Positions 55,797 to 64,000 of a stretch of 64,000 bases of DNA are shown here, piece by piece. The notes under the pieces are model-generated. The model saw only the letters and a program-made list of their open reading frames with translations. It was not told the DNA's origin and made no database searches. The stretch is from a virus (lineage: Duplodnaviria > Caudoviricetes), in IMG/VR virus record IMGVR_UViG_3300020411_000980, positions 1-64,000 of that record; one strand, given 5' to 3'. Position 1 is the stretch's first letter. Each line of letters begins with the position of its first letter. The position numbers and the translations under genes were made by a program.

Positions 55797-56013
55797 ACAC
55801 TAGGCATTCTGGCTCATCTGGATGTTGGTCGCAAAATAATTCGATAGCGTTAGGATCGTGATGATCTCCTGCTTCAATCTCTTTCTTATGATGCTCATAA
55901 TAGTCTTCGAGATCGTGTAGCTCTTCTTTGTAGTGTCTGCGAGCTGCAGGATTTGTTTGTGGATCATCAAGAATGTCCTTATCCTTTTGGATGTGTTGTT
56001 CTATGCTTTCCAT
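55786..56013 (-). CDS. cp12: CP12 Calvin-cycle inhibitor
   Basis: C-terminal ELFCDQHPDEPECLVYDD; lacks the N-terminal Cys pair, as phage CP12s do. Confidence 0.9.
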   Translation of the reverse strand: MESIEQHIQKDKDILDDPQTNPAARRHYKEELHDLEDYYEHHKKEIEAGDHHDPNAIELFCDQHPDEPECLVYDD

Positions 56014-56019
56014 AATAGT

Positions 56020-57729
56020 TTAAGTAGGAGTAGTAATACTGTCCTTAGATAGGTTCAATAAAGTTGTAACCCCTTCTGGATTATACTTGTGTGTTAACCC
56101 AGTAATCAGGTATCTACCTGAATAAACGGGATCTAAAACTGTGCGTTCTTCCTCCTTAGTTGAAGCAGGTATAACGCACTCTAGTTGTTGACCTACTGCT
56201 AATGCTACATTACCTGGTATAGTAATGTCAAGAGTAATTGCTTTAAGTAACTGCCAACGACTGAAACTGTATGCAGATGCCCATATTGTATCGAAGTCCA
56301 TATTGCCAGCACCACCAGTAGAATCCTGTTGGTTCTGAGCGTTCTTCATACCAGGAAGAGCACGTATTTTAGTACGTGTTGGTCTCTTTTCATCAAAGTA
56401 TATAGGTTTAACCTTTGGAAATGGGAACTGATCGTTCAATATACCACCTGCTTTGTTTGCCATTCCAAACACATTGTTCAGTCCCATATGTAGTGGTGGT
56501 TGTATAGAACCAGACGCTCCGTGTGCTTTTACTGTAGTGTTTGTTTTCAGTCCTTTTGTATCTGAAGAAGATACTAAACCTGCGTTTAGTTTACCCTGAA
56601 CATACGTGGAAGAGGACGTAGTAGTTGTTGTGGTGTTCCCACTAGTAGTGGTAGTTGTTGTGGTTGCAGCTGCAGCTTCACTTCTTGCGTCTATTTCTTT
56701 TACTTCTGCTTCATATTCAGCATATCTTTTTTTATCATCATCATCCCAGTTATCTTGATATTGCAGCATTGTTTCCATATAACCATCAAGTTCAACCAAT
56801 CTCGAAGCATCTTTGACTGAAGCAGTATCTACAAGAGAAGAGTCACCATCACCTGATGCAGGTAAATTGCCACTGGTTATTGCAGGTAACTTAAGTCCTA
56901 ATACTGTATTACTATAGGTACCTGACCTCATCTTCTCCAAATGATTTGCTCTATCTGGGAAGTTCATACTTTCAATCTTATAAGCATTAAAATCTGACTC
57001 ACCGACGTTTGCCTGTTCATAGGTATACTTGGCTGGATTAGCAGCAGTAGGATTTCTATCCGAACACAACCAATCTATAGTATGAAAATAATATCCATCT
57101 CTATTCTCAAAGAACAAGTAACCAGCAGTATTAGTTACTGAACTGACAATTTTATCTGAGATATATCCAATACAATCATATGGTCTCCAAGTCGGTGCTA
57201 AGAATCTGAAGTTCCCCTTCGAGGGTTCGTAGGAATAGTTCTTACCAGAGGACTTCAATTTTTCTTTAACACACCAGTCAACGTGTGCTGATCCGATGTC
57301 ATCCTTAAACGACTTGAAGACTTTATTGGTTTCATTATTGATAGTCTCAGGTGACACAGTATAAATGACGTAGAGTTGTGCACGTTCAGACTTAGTAATC
57401 TCACCAATTTTAAATATTCTCTGCATTATCTCTAGTTCTACACCAGGAGCAGAGTCAGTTTCTATTGTTATTTGAATAAATTCATTACCAGTCATACTAC
57501 TGATAAGGTCAATAGTATCAAACATAGCAATCTCCATCCTAACCGATGGTGAATCTATGGACTCAATATAATTAAATCCAGAACAAAGTTTCCTGAAATC
57601 AACAAGAGAATGTTCTCCAAGAGGTTCAATCTGGTCAACTTTTTGATCAGGATTAGAGTCGTCCTTAGTTATAAGATTAAATTTTGTTATCTTATAACCT
57701 TTGGGTTGAATCGGTAGATTATCGGTCAT
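56020..57729 (-). CDS. Putative baseplate hub protein (gp27/gpD-like)
   Basis: YIESIDSP..YLFFENRDGYYF..ITIPGN..YSGRYLITGLTH..LSKDS; lies between the TMP-like genes and gp5. Confidence 0.65.
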   Translation of the reverse strand: MTDNLPIQPKGYKITKFNLITKDDSNPDQKVDQIEPLGEHSLVDFRKLCSGFNYIESIDSPSVRMEIAMFDTIDLISSMTGNEFIQITIETDSAPGVELEIMQRIFKIGEITKSERAQLYVIYTVSPETINNETNKVFKSFKDDIGSAHVDWCVKEKLKSSGKNYSYEPSKGNFRFLAPTWRPYDCIGYISDKIVSSVTNTAGYLFFENRDGYYFHTIDWLCSDRNPTAANPAKYTYEQANVGESDFNAYKIESMNFPDRANHLEKMRSGTYSNTVLGLKLPAITSGNLPASGDGDSSLVDTASVKDASRLVELDGYMETMLQYQDNWDDDDKKRYAEYEAEVKEIDARSEAAAATTTTTTTSGNTTTTTTSSSTYVQGKLNAGLVSSSDTKGLKTNTTVKAHGASGSIQPPLHMGLNNVFGMANKAGGILNDQFPFPKVKPIYFDEKRPTRTKIRALPGMKNAQNQQDSTGGAGNMDFDTIWASAYSFSRWQLLKAITLDITIPGNVALAVGQQLECVIPASTKEEERTVLDPVYSGRYLITGLTHKYNPEGVTTLLNLSKDSITTPT

Positions 57730-59804
57730 AAGAAGTTACTTACTGGATTATTAGACTCAGCGTTTCTACCGAATCTACTTACTAAGAACTGTGCTGCAGG
57801 ATTACGTTTAGCTTCTGTAACGATAGGTATCTCATCAACATCAGAAGGAACTTCAGTTGAAGGTAATGCAATTGCTTCTGCAATCATTGACTGCATTTGT
57901 TGTCCTAGATTACCCTGCTGTGTCTCAGCTGCAATAGACTTAACTTTACCAAGCATATCATTTAGATTCTGTCCAACATTATTCTTTTGAGCTTCAATCG
58001 CCTTTAACATTATTTTAGAATCAGACTCTGTTCCATCTAAGTCAAAGTGAATATTATTTGTTACTGGAGATTGTATCATTCCAGATTGTATCAACCTCCT
58101 CATAAATGCAGAATCAGACTCCTGTGCAATACCACCCATACTGAATTCAGGTAGCTCAAGTACTGGAGATGTAACAAGTTTATTAATATTAACCTTACCA
58201 CCTTCAGAGAATCCAGGAGGAACCTTGTATCCAAATGCCTTTGCTTGAACTGCTTGTCTCTTAGTTAAACTAGGATCCTTACGAGTGTGTGGTGTATCAA
58301 AAGGTATAACAAATCCACCTGCTGATCTCTGTGCAACGTACTCTAGTCCGTGACCAATGAAATCAACACCTTTACCAGTCAAACTAACAGGGTAACCAGA
58401 CATCGGACCATCTATCCAACCACCTTTACTTTTCTTAGGTAGGAATCCACCCTTAGAGAAGTTCTCAAGTTGATTAATTTTCTCCAGTTGATCTTTCTGA
58501 GTAAAACCAGCACCTACCCCTTCTTTAGGACCATAGTGAACATAGGATTCATCTCTTGGTGCATTGCCAATAGTTGTATATGTTTCATCAGTTGATCCCT
58601 CTTGTTCGATGTCTTTAGGTACCAGTTTAAGTAAACCTGTCAGACCTTTAAGTAATAGAATCAGAGGACCAAAGACAACTGTACCTAAGACCTTCATTAT
58701 CTTTTCAATCATAGGCATATGTTCCTTAAGTTTATCAACTATCTTCTGCATTACAGGACCAAGTGCTTCAAATACCTCTGATACTGCTTGTTTTAATGGT
58801 TCCATAAGTTTCTCGAACCATTCCATAATTACATCAAAGACCTCTTTAATTCCTTTAAAGAAGTCCTCAGCAATAGGACCAAGGAACTTACCAACGTTCT
58901 CACCTATAAATCCACCGAGAGCAGCACCAATAATACCACCAATAGGTCCTAAGAATTTCTCACCAATAGTACTACCAACCATTGATCCAGTAGTACTACC
59001 TACACCACCACCAATAGCAGCAGCATTTCTATCCTCTTCTGGGATTGTTTCATCATTCTTAATTCTATTATAAGCTTCTAATCCTTGTCCAGTCGCCAAT
59101 GCCATTCGACCAACGACAGTTCCACCTAGGAATTTACCTAGGTTCATAATACCGCCACCGACCATCGAGAAGATGCCAGTAATACTGCTAATAAAACCTG
59201 CAGGATTTGCTAAGAATGCGAGTCCAGCTAAAGCACCACTTAAACCAGCGATACCTTGCAATCGCTCCATAATAGTCTTATCTTCACCAAACGTCTTGTC
59301 CCAATTCTCTGTAATCCAATTCTTTAGCTTAGTAAATGTAGATACAAGCATATCCCAGAATTCTTTAATTTTTGTAAAAGTATCCTCTAATCGTTTTCTA
59401 TTAGCAGGATCACTAATCCAATCAAGAGCCTTGTACATTATAAGACCCTTGAAGAACTTCATAAAATTCCCTAAGAATCCTAATCCTCCTCCAACCATCT
59501 TTGCTACTATATTATCATCACCACTACCTTTTTCATCTCCTTCTAACTTCTTCTCTCTAGCACTATCAGATGCTAATGCAGCAGCTCTCTTTGCTCTTGC
59601 TGCTTGTGCCTTATTCTGATTCTTAACTTCTTTTATTGCTACAGCAATACTATTAACTGTAGCACCTAGGGAATTGATAGCAGTTATAGTTGTAGAAAAA
59701 CTGGTACCTGCTATCGTTTTATTTCCAATAGAAACTTTGGAACTCTTCCCTGTCTTATCGGGTGGAGTTACGTACTTAAAAAATCGTATCTTTGCTTCTG
59801 CCAT
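57726..59804 (-). CDS. Tape-measure-like protein (paralogue B)
   Basis: Amphipathic helices, glycine zipper GPIGGIIGAALGG; N-terminus similar to 59805-62045. Confidence 0.6.
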   Translation of the reverse strand: MAEAKIRFFKYVTPPDKTGKSSKVSIGNKTIAGTSFSTTITAINSLGATVNSIAVAIKEVKNQNKAQAARAKRAAALASDSAREKKLEGDEKGSGDDNIVAKMVGGGLGFLGNFMKFFKGLIMYKALDWISDPANRKRLEDTFTKIKEFWDMLVSTFTKLKNWITENWDKTFGEDKTIMERLQGIAGLSGALAGLAFLANPAGFISSITGIFSMVGGGIMNLGKFLGGTVVGRMALATGQGLEAYNRIKNDETIPEEDRNAAAIGGGVGSTTGSMVGSTIGEKFLGPIGGIIGAALGGFIGENVGKFLGPIAEDFFKGIKEVFDVIMEWFEKLMEPLKQAVSEVFEALGPVMQKIVDKLKEHMPMIEKIMKVLGTVVFGPLILLLKGLTGLLKLVPKDIEQEGSTDETYTTIGNAPRDESYVHYGPKEGVGAGFTQKDQLEKINQLENFSKGGFLPKKSKGGWIDGPMSGYPVSLTGKGVDFIGHGLEYVAQRSAGGFVIPFDTPHTRKDPSLTKRQAVQAKAFGYKVPPGFSEGGKVNINKLVTSPVLELPEFSMGGIAQESDSAFMRRLIQSGMIQSPVTNNIHFDLDGTESDSKIMLKAIEAQKNNVGQNLNDMLGKVKSIAAETQQGNLGQQMQSMIAEAIALPSTEVPSDVDEIPIVTEAKRNPAAQFLVSRFGRNAESNNPVSNFL

Positions 59805-62045
59805 TTAGTTTATGCTCGGAGATGCGTGTTTAGTAACATTAACAACATTAGTTTGCTTAGTCTTAACGACCTCCTTAACCATTGGTTGAACAATGAATTG
59901 AGTATTGGTCACAGAACCTCTCCATTGTTGGGATGCTTCTGTTAGAGACCTCTCTATCAATTCATTATTTATCCCACCTCCTTGTCCTCCGTCAGATGGT
60001 GTAATCTCAGCAACAGGTTCTACTACACCTGTAAATGGTGACTCCTTACCATACTTACTTAAAGGATTGATCCTACTTAGAGGATTATCTTTTGGTCTAC
60101 CAACATCATCAGGATTAGTTGATGTTTCCCAATGTAAATGAGGACCAGTAGAGGTACCAGTATTACCTGTATAACCTAGTATTGCTCCTGCTTGGAATTT
60201 ATCACCTGCTTTAAATGGTGACATCTCTTTCATATGAGCATATAACTGACCTAGACCATCACTAGATGTCCAAGCAATATAGTTACCAAATCCCTTATCA
60301 AATCCTACCTGTTGTACTGTACCTGCTAAGAACGCTTTAAGTTCTTCACCAATTTCTGTAGCAATATCTACACCCATATGCATACCAGGTGAGAGTGCCA
60401 TTTGGCGGTCTTTCATTGCTTCCGAAGTTACAATGTGACCGCCTGTGACTCCCCCATTGGTACTGTCCATAGCACTATTAGCAAGAGCAAGTTGCTCAGC
60501 TTTCTTCTCTGCAGCCAACTCTTTTTCACGTTCCCATCTCTCCTTTGCTTTAATGACCTTTTTCTTCCTTTCAGAGAGTTCCTTCTCCAAATCAGCATAG
60601 TGTTCCTTTTCAAATTTGATACGTTCTCCTATAGTATACCTCCAATTCCAAGGTTTGTAACTATCTTTTCCTTCACCTTCTTCATCTCTTTTTTGTATCA
60701 ATTCTCCAAGTTTCTTCTTGGAGTCTTCCATAGCTCTCTCAGTCTTTTTAACATCCCTCTCTCTATCTCTAAATTCTTGACCTGCTTTATCAACATCAGA
60801 TGTATATAAACCAGTAAAATCAATCCTAGCACTCAGATCTTGGCTACCTTCAACGAAATCAGCTATAGCTCTAGCACCATTCTTAATAATCCATACCAAT
60901 CCTTCAAATGCTATTTTTGCACCTGCACCCAAGAACTTAGCAATCCCTGCTATAGCTGACCCAGCTATTGGTGCCAAGAACTCTCCAATTTGCTTCATTA
61001 CTGGTAGAAATTCATTGAAGAAATCCATCACAGGTCCAGTAATTGGTTCTATGAATGCCTTCATAGCTGGGAACCATACATCAACAAAGTAATCTTTAAT
61101 GGGACCAAAGACAGGTCTCATTGCTTCACCAAGGAATGCACCAATCTTATCTCCTATAAAACCACCAAGCATACTGCCCACTATAGGAGCAAATGGTCCT
61201 AATATGGGTGTTAACAGTGCAGTCAATCCCATAGATGTGACAGTAGCACCAATACCTGCACCAATAGCAACGTCCGCATCATCACCTGCTGCTAATCTAG
61301 TGGTTGTTGATACAACACCAGCAGTTAGTGACATTGCCATTGGGTTGGTGACAAAGTTCTTTGCCATCTGACCAGGTTTTACATTTGCACCAACCTTTTT
61401 AAGTGCATCTCCTACCTTAGTAAGACCTGGTCCAAGAAACTTACTTAACTTCTGAAAGTCTCCAAGTAATTTCCAAGGTTTAAGTATCCTATCTGCTACA
61501 AATAATGCTGCTAAACCACCAAGTATCTTAAGAGCACCCATTACTGGACTCTTCTCACTAAATGCTTCTAAGATCCAAGTAACACCTTTAGAGAATACCT
61601 TCCAGAATGTACCTAACCATTTACCTATAACAGTAAGTGTATTACCTATAAACTCCTTATTATCTGGATTAGACAGCCAGTCTAGAGCAAAATATCCTAT
61701 AAGCTTTTCTGCTAACCATTTGAATGGTTCTAATAACTTGGTTATCCAAGTACCTACTTTCTTATCTGAATTACCAGACTCTTTCTGAGCTTTAGTTTGT
61801 ACCTTCTTTTGTACTCTTTTCTCTAGTTTATCTTCCCTTGATTTATCCCGTGATAGCGTCTTCTTCCTTTTATTATCTTGAATAGTATCAAGCTTATCTT
61901 CATACATTCCCACGATCATATTGCCAATATCCTCCACCACAAATCCTAAACGATTCATTTGTGTGGTCATCGAAGCTACAGGATCTGTTCTAATATCTCC
62001 CTTAATCTTCGATGGTAGGAATTTTCTGATCTTTATCTTTGCCAT
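59805..62045 (-). CDS. Tape-measure-like protein (paralogue A) with M23 peptidase domain
   Basis: Helical/glycine-zipper body; HMGVD..GNY..YAHM..GYTGNTGTSTGPHLHWE. Confidence 0.75.
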   Translation of the reverse strand: MAKIKIRKFLPSKIKGDIRTDPVASMTTQMNRLGFVVEDIGNMIVGMYEDKLDTIQDNKRKKTLSRDKSREDKLEKRVQKKVQTKAQKESGNSDKKVGTWITKLLEPFKWLAEKLIGYFALDWLSNPDNKEFIGNTLTVIGKWLGTFWKVFSKGVTWILEAFSEKSPVMGALKILGGLAALFVADRILKPWKLLGDFQKLSKFLGPGLTKVGDALKKVGANVKPGQMAKNFVTNPMAMSLTAGVVSTTTRLAAGDDADVAIGAGIGATVTSMGLTALLTPILGPFAPIVGSMLGGFIGDKIGAFLGEAMRPVFGPIKDYFVDVWFPAMKAFIEPITGPVMDFFNEFLPVMKQIGEFLAPIAGSAIAGIAKFLGAGAKIAFEGLVWIIKNGARAIADFVEGSQDLSARIDFTGLYTSDVDKAGQEFRDRERDVKKTERAMEDSKKKLGELIQKRDEEGEGKDSYKPWNWRYTIGERIKFEKEHYADLEKELSERKKKVIKAKERWEREKELAAEKKAEQLALANSAMDSTNGGVTGGHIVTSEAMKDRQMALSPGMHMGVDIATEIGEELKAFLAGTVQQVGFDKGFGNYIAWTSSDGLGQLYAHMKEMSPFKAGDKFQAGAILGYTGNTGTSTGPHLHWETSTNPDDVGRPKDNPLSRINPLSKYGKESPFTGVVEPVAEITPSDGGQGGGINNELIERSLTEASQQWRGSVTNTQFIVQPMVKEVVKTKQTNVVNVTKHASPSIN

Positions 62046-62215
62046 TAAAGCGATGGGCTCATTTGACCTTGCCTTTGTCTAGCTTCCTCTTCTCTCAGGT
62101 ACCGAAGTAGCATATTAACGTATACATCCCTTTCCCACGGCATCATATTCTCAATTTCAGTTAAACTCCACTTATGATGCTGGACCATAGCGAAGTTTAC
62201 TTCATACATATTCAT
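62045..62215 (-). CDS. gp51: Baseplate hub assembly catalyst gp51 (56 aa from the first ATG)
   Basis: Manual translation MNMYEVNFAMVQHHKWSLTEIENMMPWERDVYVNML... Confidence 0.8.
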   Translation of the reverse strand: MNMYEVNFAMVQHHKWSLTEIENMMPWERDVYVNMLLRYLREEEARQRQGQMSPSL

Positions 62216-62235
62216 CAACGAGTCGTGGGCTAGGG

Positions 62236-62940
62236 CTACGCGAAAAAACTTGCTAGACCCTCCAGTTTAACTGTACTAGTTACTTCAGTTTTAGGATTGA
62301 AGACTTCAATGTCTTTCGACAATTTAGGCATAGTTTCGAAGAACTGCTGCACGTTAGCAAATTGTTGTGAGTTCATATCCTCAAAGAACGCAACTAATTC
62401 TGCCTTCTTGTAGTCTTTTGCTTCGTGTAGTTCTTCACCATCAGCGATTGATTCAGTACAATCTGCTGCTAGTTTAAATACATCATCAATACCAGGATTA
62501 TCAACCAAATTATTCTTAACGAATACATCCAATGAAGGATATTTCATCGTTAAAGTGATTTCATCAGTAAGTTTGATAATATTGGTGTGTTCTTTTGGAA
62601 TTTGTACTTCTACTTCATCCAAATTAACTTCAACATCGACCTGTGTTTCATTGTCATCAGGACAAGTGAGTTTAAATTCACTTACTTCTCCAACAGATTT
62701 ACCTCTGATCTTCAAGAACAAATATTCAATCTCAAAAGTAGCTAAATTAGCAGCATTTTTGACATTAGTACAAGATTTGATAATCTCCTTAACGGCTTTT
62801 ATCATTTCTTTCTGATTTTGAGTCTCCATCGCAAGATAAAGAAGTTTCTCCTCTTTAACTAAAAATGGACGATAGGTCACTTTAAGACCACGAGGCAACA
62901 CGCATTCATAATCTGGAATGCTCAGCTTGGGTAAAGGCAT
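62236..62940 (-). CDS. gp26: Baseplate hub assembly protein gp26
   Basis: MPLPK..YRPFLVKEEKLL..FEIEYLFLKIRGKSVGE..MKYP..LEGLASFF. Confidence 0.9.
   Translation of the reverse strand: MPLPKLSIPDYECVLPRGLKVTYRPFLVKEEKLLYLAMETQNQKEMIKAVKEIIKSCTNVKNAANLATFEIEYLFLKIRGKSVGEVSEFKLTCPDDNETQVDVEVNLDEVEVQIPKEHTNIIKLTDEITLTMKYPSLDVFVKNNLVDNPGIDDVFKLAADCTESIADGEELHEAKDYKKAELVAFFEDMNSQQFANVQQFFETMPKLSKDIEVFNPKTEVTSTVKLEGLASFFA
62242..62248 (-). other. Candidate -1 ribosomal frameshift heptamer U UUU UUC
   Basis: One codon before the gp26 stop; the -1 frame is open and in frame with gp51. Confidence 0.6.
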
Positions 62941-62969
62941 TTTGTAAGGGTATTACACTTCAGTATATC

Positions 62970-62976
62970 TATTTAG
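62970..62976 (-). promoter_or_regulatory. Late promoter variant CTAAATA
   Basis: 30 nt upstream of the gp26 ATG. Confidence 0.55.
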
Positions 62977-62977
62977 C

Positions 62978-63715
62978 CTATATTCCGTACTGTGTTTGCT
63001 CAGCTGCAGGAGCATTCCATTCTAATCCCAACTTCTTAGCAATAGATGCTGACTCACTAACAACGTGATCTGTAGTCCAATCCTTATTACGTTGTACCTT
63101 CGTTGTAAATCTATATCTCTCAAACTTAAATGCAACAGGCAGTGTCAATATACCACTATTCTCGTTACCAAAATCTAATGTACCCATATTATATGGATAT
63201 ACGCCACTAAAACACCATACACCAACTGCTTTATTCAACCTACCATAGTAATCAATACCTTCCTTTCTAGTTCTGGATAGTAAGTTAGAACCACGTTCCC
63301 ACTTCCTTACCCATACTTCAGTAACATAATCATCATAGAAACCAACTCTATTCTCAGAATCAGGTGCCATAGCATTCATCCACTTCTCATAGAAGTTTCT
63401 ATGCCACTGATCTTTGGTTACCATAAAAGATATATTTAATTCATTCGCTGTTTGTCCCGTAGCATAAGTCCTAGTAATACCAAAATTACGTACCTCACCC
63501 GTTGTAACGTTACGTGATGGGACTGTCACGTTACTCGCAAAGTAATTCAATGCATCACAATAATCTGCTGGGTTAAATTCCCAGCCTGGAATACGCCCGA
63601 ATATTGGTGGAACTCCAAAATCAATGGAGTACAGATTACCTAAAGCAGGTTCCTTAGCTCCAGTTCCTACTAAATCCTTGAAGCGAGTAAATGAATTTTG
63701 GTGACGATGTGGCAT
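62978..63715 (-). CDS. Tail tube-like protein (gp19/gp54 family)
   Basis: ASNVTVPSR..ISFMV..FYEKWMN..GVYP..LPVAFKFE tube-fold pattern. Confidence 0.65.
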   Translation of the reverse strand: MPHRHQNSFTRFKDLVGTGAKEPALGNLYSIDFGVPPIFGRIPGWEFNPADYCDALNYFASNVTVPSRNVTTGEVRNFGITRTYATGQTANELNISFMVTKDQWHRNFYEKWMNAMAPDSENRVGFYDDYVTEVWVRKWERGSNLLSRTRKEGIDYYGRLNKAVGVWCFSGVYPYNMGTLDFGNENSGILTLPVAFKFERYRFTTKVQRNKDWTTDHVVSESASIAKKLGLEWNAPAAEQTQYGI

Positions 63716-64000
63716 TAGAATATAATTCTAGTCGGGATGTCGATATTTCTTCCGTTGACTGTAACAACGAATTGTTCAGAGGGAATCAATCCTATATCAT
63801 CCCATTCCGATTCTGGAACTCTGTAAAAAGGACTTTGTACATTACTCCTCAAGTATTTATGGAATGTCTGAGGTGGGTGATTTACATCAAAACCTGCTCT
63901 TCTAGCAGCTGGTTGTAAATAATGGACATTTGAACCCCAAAAGTGATTCGCACTTTCTCCAGTAACATATACTAATGGGTATTTATCCCACTTTGGCATC
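63715..64000 (-). CDS. gp2: DNA end protector gp2-like, C-terminal part (truncated by the right edge)
   Basis: WDKYPLVYV..FWGSNVHYL..HKYL..VPESEW..IPSEQF. Confidence 0.7.
   Translation of the reverse strand, partial: MPKWDKYPLVYVTGESANHFWGSNVHYLQPAARRAGFDVNHPPQTFHKYLRSNVQSPFYRVPESEWDDIGLIPSEQFVVTVNGRNIDIPTRIIF

Noticed and set aside
58564-61371. Several 90-170 aa plus-strand ORFs
   Set aside because: Antisense shadows of the tape-measure-like genes

Overview
A 64-kb segment of a marine T4-like cyanomyovirus (Prochlorococcus/Synechococcus phage type); essentially all genes are on the minus strand. In transcription order (right to left): a tail/baseplate-hub module (gp2-like, tube-like, gp26, gp51, two paralogous tape-measure-like genes, hub, CP12, prolyl-hydroxylase, gp5); a probable manA-motif ncRNA and two cpeT genes; tail-fibre and glycine-rich adhesin-like genes followed by two flavin-dependent halogenases, heme oxygenase and a dense 2OG-Fe(II) oxygenase array; an early region of small genes (helicase, DNA methyltransferase, putative nuclease) driven by repeated promoter cassettes with a 22-bp palindromic box and three unassigned structured RNAs; an AT-rich origin-like junction with divergent sigma70 promoters and DnaA-box-like 9-mers; then PAAR, gp25, gp6 and a >3100-aa gp7 that runs off the left edge. 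The strongest unexpected signals are an in-frame -1 slippery site that would fuse gp26 to gp51 (G/GT-like), the halogenase/oxygenase array coupled to Trp/Cys/His-rich fibres, the repeated early operator, the candidate ncRNAs and the origin-like region. Family names come from motif recognition by eye, not database searches.
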